A DNA stretch of 64,000 bases, taken from the NCBI GenBank assembly GCA_903863935.1, contig CAIPDV010000042.1:68869-132868 (forward strand), given 5' to 3'. Source of the DNA: an uncultured Bacteroidota bacterium (GTDB lineage Bacteria > Bacteroidota > Bacteroidia > JABEUT01). The position numbers and the translations under genes were made by a program. The notes beneath the pieces were generated by a model. The model had not been told where the DNA came from and did not search any database. It worked only from the letters and a program-made list of their open reading frames with translations. Positions within the stretch are counted from its first letter, which is position 1, and the number at the start of each line of letters is the position of its first letter. Positions 60,022-64,000 of the stretch are shown here, piece after piece.

Positions 60022-62118
60022 ATGCCCCAGACCATGACAGCTAAAAGTGAATCGGTTGGTTCTGTACCTGTAAATTCTGTAATCAGAGCATTTGAACTCA
60101 TGTGCACGGCCAAGGCTATGACTGAGATATTTGAAAAGAATGCTGCTGTTACAAGTAAATATGTTCATGCCACTTCCCGCGGACATGAAGCCATACAAAT
60201 TGCATTGGGCTTGCAACTGAAGCCACAGGATTACCTAAGTGCTTATTATCGCGATGACAGTATTCTTCTTTCAATTGGAATGACACCATATGAGCTTATG
60301 CTTCAATTAATGGCAAAAGCTGATGACCCATTCTCCGGTGGAAGAACCTACTATTGCCACCCAAGTTTGCGAAGGGATAATATGCCTAAAATTCCGCACC
60401 AGTCCTCGGCGACAGGAATGCAGGCCATACCCACAACAGGTATAGCCATGGGAATTCAATACCAGGAAAAAAGAGGACTGCTTCCTTCCTATGAAGATGG
60501 AAAACCAATCGTAGTTTGTTCGTTGGGAGACGGCTCTGTTACCGAAGGTGAAGTAGCAGAAGCTTTTCAGATGGCGGTTTTGAAAAAACTGCCGATATTA
60601 TATTTAGTGCAGGATAACGATTGGGATATTTCAGCAACCGGCAAAGAAACCCGTGCCATGGATGCAGTGGAGTATGCAAAAGGGTTCAAAGGGCTGGAAA
60701 CACGCAGCATAGATGGCACCGACTTTATGCGCAGCTATCAAACCTTGCGCGAGGTTATCCATACCATTCGTGAAGAACGCAGACCGTTTTTAGTTCATGC
60801 AAAAGTGCCATTGCTTAACCACCACACCTCAGGTGTACGTAAAGAATGGTACCGGGCAGATCTGGAAGAAGCAGCAAAACGCGATCCATATCCGCGACTA
60901 AGAAGCCAGCTTTTAATTGCAGGCTTCACACAGGATAAGATAAAACAAATTGAAGCAAAAGAAACCGCCGCAGTTGCAGAAGCTTACGAAATGGCCCTTA
61001 AAGCTGCCGATCCAAAACCGGAAGATCTGTTCAAACATGACTTTGCACCAACCCCAGTTACAGAAGAAAAAGGAGTACGTGAACCTGAAGGCGGAGAAAA
61101 AAAGGTAATGGTTGATTGTGCTCTTTTTGCTATAAGGGAATTGATGGAAAAACATCCGGAGTGCTTATTTTATGGCCAGGATGTTGGAGGACGCCTTGGT
61201 GGCGTATTCCGCGAGGCAGCTACCTTGGCCCAGCAATTTGGTGACGACAGGGTATTTAATACGCCTATACAGGAAGCATTTATTGTCGGTAGTACAGTAG
61301 GTATGTCGGCTACTGGCTGCAAACCCATTGTGGAAATTCAATTTGCCGATTATATATGGCCCGGACTTAACCAGTTATTTACAGAAGTAAGCCGCTCCTG
61401 TTATCTGACAAACGGAAAATGGCCCGTGAGTTGTATTATCCGTGTACCCATTGGTGCGTACGGCAGCGGCGGACCATATCACTCTTCAAGTGTAGAGTCT
61501 GTATTAACCAATATCCGGGGAATTAAAATTGCTTATCCTTCAACGGGAGCTGACTTAAAAGGCTTGCTGAAATCCGCCTACTATGACCCGAATCCGGTAG
61601 TGATGCTGGAACACAAAGGTCTTTATTGGTCGAAGATAAAGGGAACTGAAGATGCAAAAACGGTAGAACCGGATGCCGATTATATTATTCCATTTGGGAA
61701 AGGCCGAATCGTTCAAAGTGCTGAGGCGTCACAAACCCTTAAAGGGGCTTCCACTGTAACTGTAATCACCTATGGTATGGGAGTTTATTGGGCACAAAAT
61801 GCTGCTAAAAACTTCCCGGATAAAGTAGAGATCATTGATCTGCGAACACTATATCCATTGGATGAAGAACTGATTTTTTCTTCTGTAAAAAAACACAGCC
61901 GTTGCATCGTACTTACGGAAGAACCTGTTAACAATGGCTTTGCACAATCCATTGCTTCACGCATACAGCAAAATTGTTTTGAATATTTGGATGCTCCGGT
62001 TACCGTAATTGGTTCTGAAAATATGCCGGCAGTTCCACTTAATACAATTTTAGAACAAACCATGTTACCTAATGCCGGCAAGGTTTCTGTAGCCATTGAA
62101 AAAATTTTAGCCTACTAA
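60022..62118 (+). CDS. 2-oxoacid (branched-chain type) dehydrogenase E1, fused alpha/beta subunits
   Basis: GHEAIQ, AYYRD, GDGSVTEG...DN TPP motif, GQDV...GGVFR, FNTPIQE, EIQFADY, IDLRTL.PLD. Confidence 0.9.
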   Translation: MPQTMTAKSESVGSVPVNSVIRAFELMCTAKAMTEIFEKNAAVTSKYVHATSRGHEAIQIALGLQLKPQDYLSAYYRDDSILLSIGMTPYELMLQLMAKADDPFSGGRTYYCHPSLRRDNMPKIPHQSSATGMQAIPTTGIAMGIQYQEKRGLLPSYEDGKPIVVCSLGDGSVTEGEVAEAFQMAVLKKLPILYLVQDNDWDISATGKETRAMDAVEYAKGFKGLETRSIDGTDFMRSYQTLREVIHTIREERRPFLVHAKVPLLNHHTSGVRKEWYRADLEEAAKRDPYPRLRSQLLIAGFTQDKIKQIEAKETAAVAEAYEMALKAADPKPEDLFKHDFAPTPVTEEKGVREPEGGEKKVMVDCALFAIRELMEKHPECLFYGQDVGGRLGGVFREAATLAQQFGDDRVFNTPIQEAFIVGSTVGMSATGCKPIVEIQFADYIWPGLNQLFTEVSRSCYLTNGKWPVSCIIRVPIGAYGSGGPYHSSSVESVLTNIRGIKIAYPSTGADLKGLLKSAYYDPNPVVMLEHKGLYWSKIKGTEDAKTVEPDADYIIPFGKGRIVQSAEASQTLKGASTVTVITYGMGVYWAQNAAKNFPDKVEIIDLRTLYPLDEELIFSSVKKHSRCIVLTEEPVNNGFAQSIASRIQQNCFEYLDAPVTVIGSENMPAVPLNTILEQTMLPNAGKVSVAIEKILAY

Positions 62119-62130
62119 ATAAACCGACCT

Positions 62131-62694
62131 ATGAAATACGCTTCTTTATCGTTATTCCTGCTTTCATTATTTGTAATGCTGCAAAGCACATCCTGCAAGT
62201 TTGGAAATAAATTCCCGAAAGAAACAAGGACACTTGATAGCTTGCAAATACTAGTTATTAAAGCTGACTCAGCAGTTAAATTAATTGATTCGGCTAAAAT
62301 CACCGGGTATGCAACTATTGTAATGAACGACAACCAATTGATTCAAATGGCGCATTTGGACAGTATGAGCCCTTCATCAGCAGATATTTTCAGACAATTT
62401 AACAAGGTTCGGTGGGACTTATTGACTGTTGCAGGCAAAAGAGGCCCACTGCTAATCGAACTCAGAAAATCGCAAAAACAATTAGACCACCTTAGCCATG
62501 ATATAACCAATAACCTTGTGGCAAAAGATAGTGTGCCTATATATGTTGGATTTGAAAGCAAAAAAGCTTCGGAACTGGTGCAGGTTTCAAATATCTCAGT
62601 TGCAGAGGTAAATCAGGAAATTCCTAAATTTACAATGCTTGCCCCGAAAGCCGATTCGCTTATGACCCTTATTAAGGAGCATAAAAAGATTTAA
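62131..62694 (+). CDS. Hypothetical lipoprotein
   Basis: Signal peptide ending STSC; helical body. Confidence 0.65.
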   Translation: MKYASLSLFLLSLFVMLQSTSCKFGNKFPKETRTLDSLQILVIKADSAVKLIDSAKITGYATIVMNDNQLIQMAHLDSMSPSSADIFRQFNKVRWDLLTVAGKRGPLLIELRKSQKQLDHLSHDITNNLVAKDSVPIYVGFESKKASELVQVSNISVAEVNQEIPKFTMLAPKADSLMTLIKEHKKI

Positions 62695-62707
62695 TCTTTT
62701 CCGCAAT

Positions 62708-64000
62708 ATGAAGAAGCTCATTTTATTTTTTTGCCTGATTTGCTTCTTCGGGCAGGGTTATTCGCAAAACACCGATGACCAGCTTGCCTTTCAGTTCTTC
62801 CAAAACAAGGAATACGATAAGGCACTTTCTTTTTACGAAAGGATATACAACCGTAATCCAACCTACGAGAATTTTAATTTCTACTTGGTGTGCATGGTGC
62901 AAACCAAAGATTATAAAGATGCCGAAAAACTTATTAAGAAGGAAATAAAACATGAACCGGGTAACAGCATATTATATGTTGATCTCGGAAGCCTATATAA
63001 ACTTGAAGGTGATGAAAAACAAAGCAAGGATAACTATAATAAAGCCATAAAGAAGTTAACTGCTGACCGGGATAAGATTCTCGACCTTGGCAAAGCTTTT
63101 ATGGATCTGAAGGAATATGATAATGCCCTTGAAGTGTATAAGCAGGGTAAAAATATGTTGGGTGACGGATATCCATTCGTCGCTGAAATAGGTGCGGTTT
63201 ATAAGGCACAAGGAAATACCGTTGCCATGATAGACTCCTACTTCGAAACGCTTGCTATTTCGCCTTCCTACGTGCAATTTGTTCAGGATGCGCTGCAGTT
63301 GAGTGTGGGGGCTTATGCCGATGATGCCCAAAACACATTAGTGAAAAATGAATTACTAAAATACATTCAGCGTTACCCGGAAAAGCAGGTCTTCGCCGAA
63401 TTATTAACATGGATGCTTATACAGTTAAAGGATTATCAAAATGCTTTAGTGCAAGTTAAGGCATTAGACAGAAGAAAAAATGAAGGCGGATGGAGGCTCA
63501 TGAGTTTTGCCACAACCTGCGTTAATGCCGGTGCTTACGATCCCGCTATACAAGCTTACCAATATATAATTGACCGTGGCCCTAAAGGTGATAACTACAC
63601 TGAAGCAAAAATGAAACAATTAACTGTGATGTATCAGAAATTGGTTGGTGGCGGGGCCTGCACACAAACAGAACTGACCAACCTTGAAGACAAATACAAA
63701 CAAACTTTAAATGAATTAAACAAGACGGCTGGAAGTATTTCCATCATGCAGCAACTTGCCCATTTGCAGGGGTTCTATCTGCATCATGATTCGGCTGCCA
63801 TGGCATTGATGCAGGAAGCGGTTGCACTTCCGGGCGTTACACCTATGGCTCAGGCGCGTTGCCAAATGGAACTTGCCGATCTCATGCTCGCTTCCGGATT
63901 AACCTGGGATGCATCGCTGTTATATAGTAAGGTAGAACAGGATTTCAAAGAAGAACCTATTGGTGATGAAGCCAAATTCAGGAATGCGAAGATCTATTAT
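62708..64000 (+). CDS. Exported TPR-repeat protein (runs off window end; not in ORF track)
   Basis: ATG 62708 reads MKKLILFFCLICFFGQGYSQNTDDQLAFQFFQNKEYDKALSFYERIY...; TPR-like pattern; frame appears open to 64000. Confidence 0.8.
   Translation, partial: MKKLILFFCLICFFGQGYSQNTDDQLAFQFFQNKEYDKALSFYERIYNRNPTYENFNFYLVCMVQTKDYKDAEKLIKKEIKHEPGNSILYVDLGSLYKLEGDEKQSKDNYNKAIKKLTADRDKILDLGKAFMDLKEYDNALEVYKQGKNMLGDGYPFVAEIGAVYKAQGNTVAMIDSYFETLAISPSYVQFVQDALQLSVGAYADDAQNTLVKNELLKYIQRYPEKQVFAELLTWMLIQLKDYQNALVQVKALDRRKNEGGWRLMSFATTCVNAGAYDPAIQAYQYIIDRGPKGDNYTEAKMKQLTVMYQKLVGGGACTQTELTNLEDKYKQTLNELNKTAGSISIMQQLAHLQGFYLHHDSAAMALMQEAVALPGVTPMAQARCQMELADLMLASGLTWDASLLYSKVEQDFKEEPIGDEAKFRNAKIYY

Overview
AT-rich Bacteroidota chromosomal window, indicated by T9SS cargo proteins, many TAnnTTTG promoter elements and a eukaryotic-type citrate synthase. 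Housekeeping genes (gltA, eno, mnmE, tsaD, tamB-like, valS, pyrR-like, 2-oxoacid dehydrogenase E1, tRNA-Lys) are interleaved with accessory blocks: (1) a redoxin + cytochrome c/copper-monooxygenase pair; (2) a thiosulfate/tetrathionate operon (TsdA, TauE, two YeeE, SoxB-like) with no SoxXAYZ in the window; (3) three large T9SS proteins, one with an NHL propeller inserted inside a SprB repeat; (4) a small island at the tRNA-Lys 3' end with a membrane-anchored Swt1-like HEPN protein; (5) a 1.4 kb relic flanked by a duplicated mnmE 3' end, carrying a lipoprotein gene with a stop at the lipobox Cys; (6) a GTTTTACAC repeat array upstream of mnmE; (7) a ~19 kb tailoring cluster (40.6-59.9 kb) with five sulfotransferases, an AspH/LpxO-like oxygenase, two JmjC-fold oxygenases, two acyltransferase-3 proteins, MBOAT/SGNH, two KAS III, ACP, ketoreductase, GT2s and a GNAT. 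In both JmjC proteins the HxD iron motif reads HxA, the radical-halogenase signature. Block 7 is the best candidate for an undescribed system, hypothetically a sulfated and possibly halogenated acyl glycoconjugate or lipid. All product calls come from motif reading; no database searches were run.
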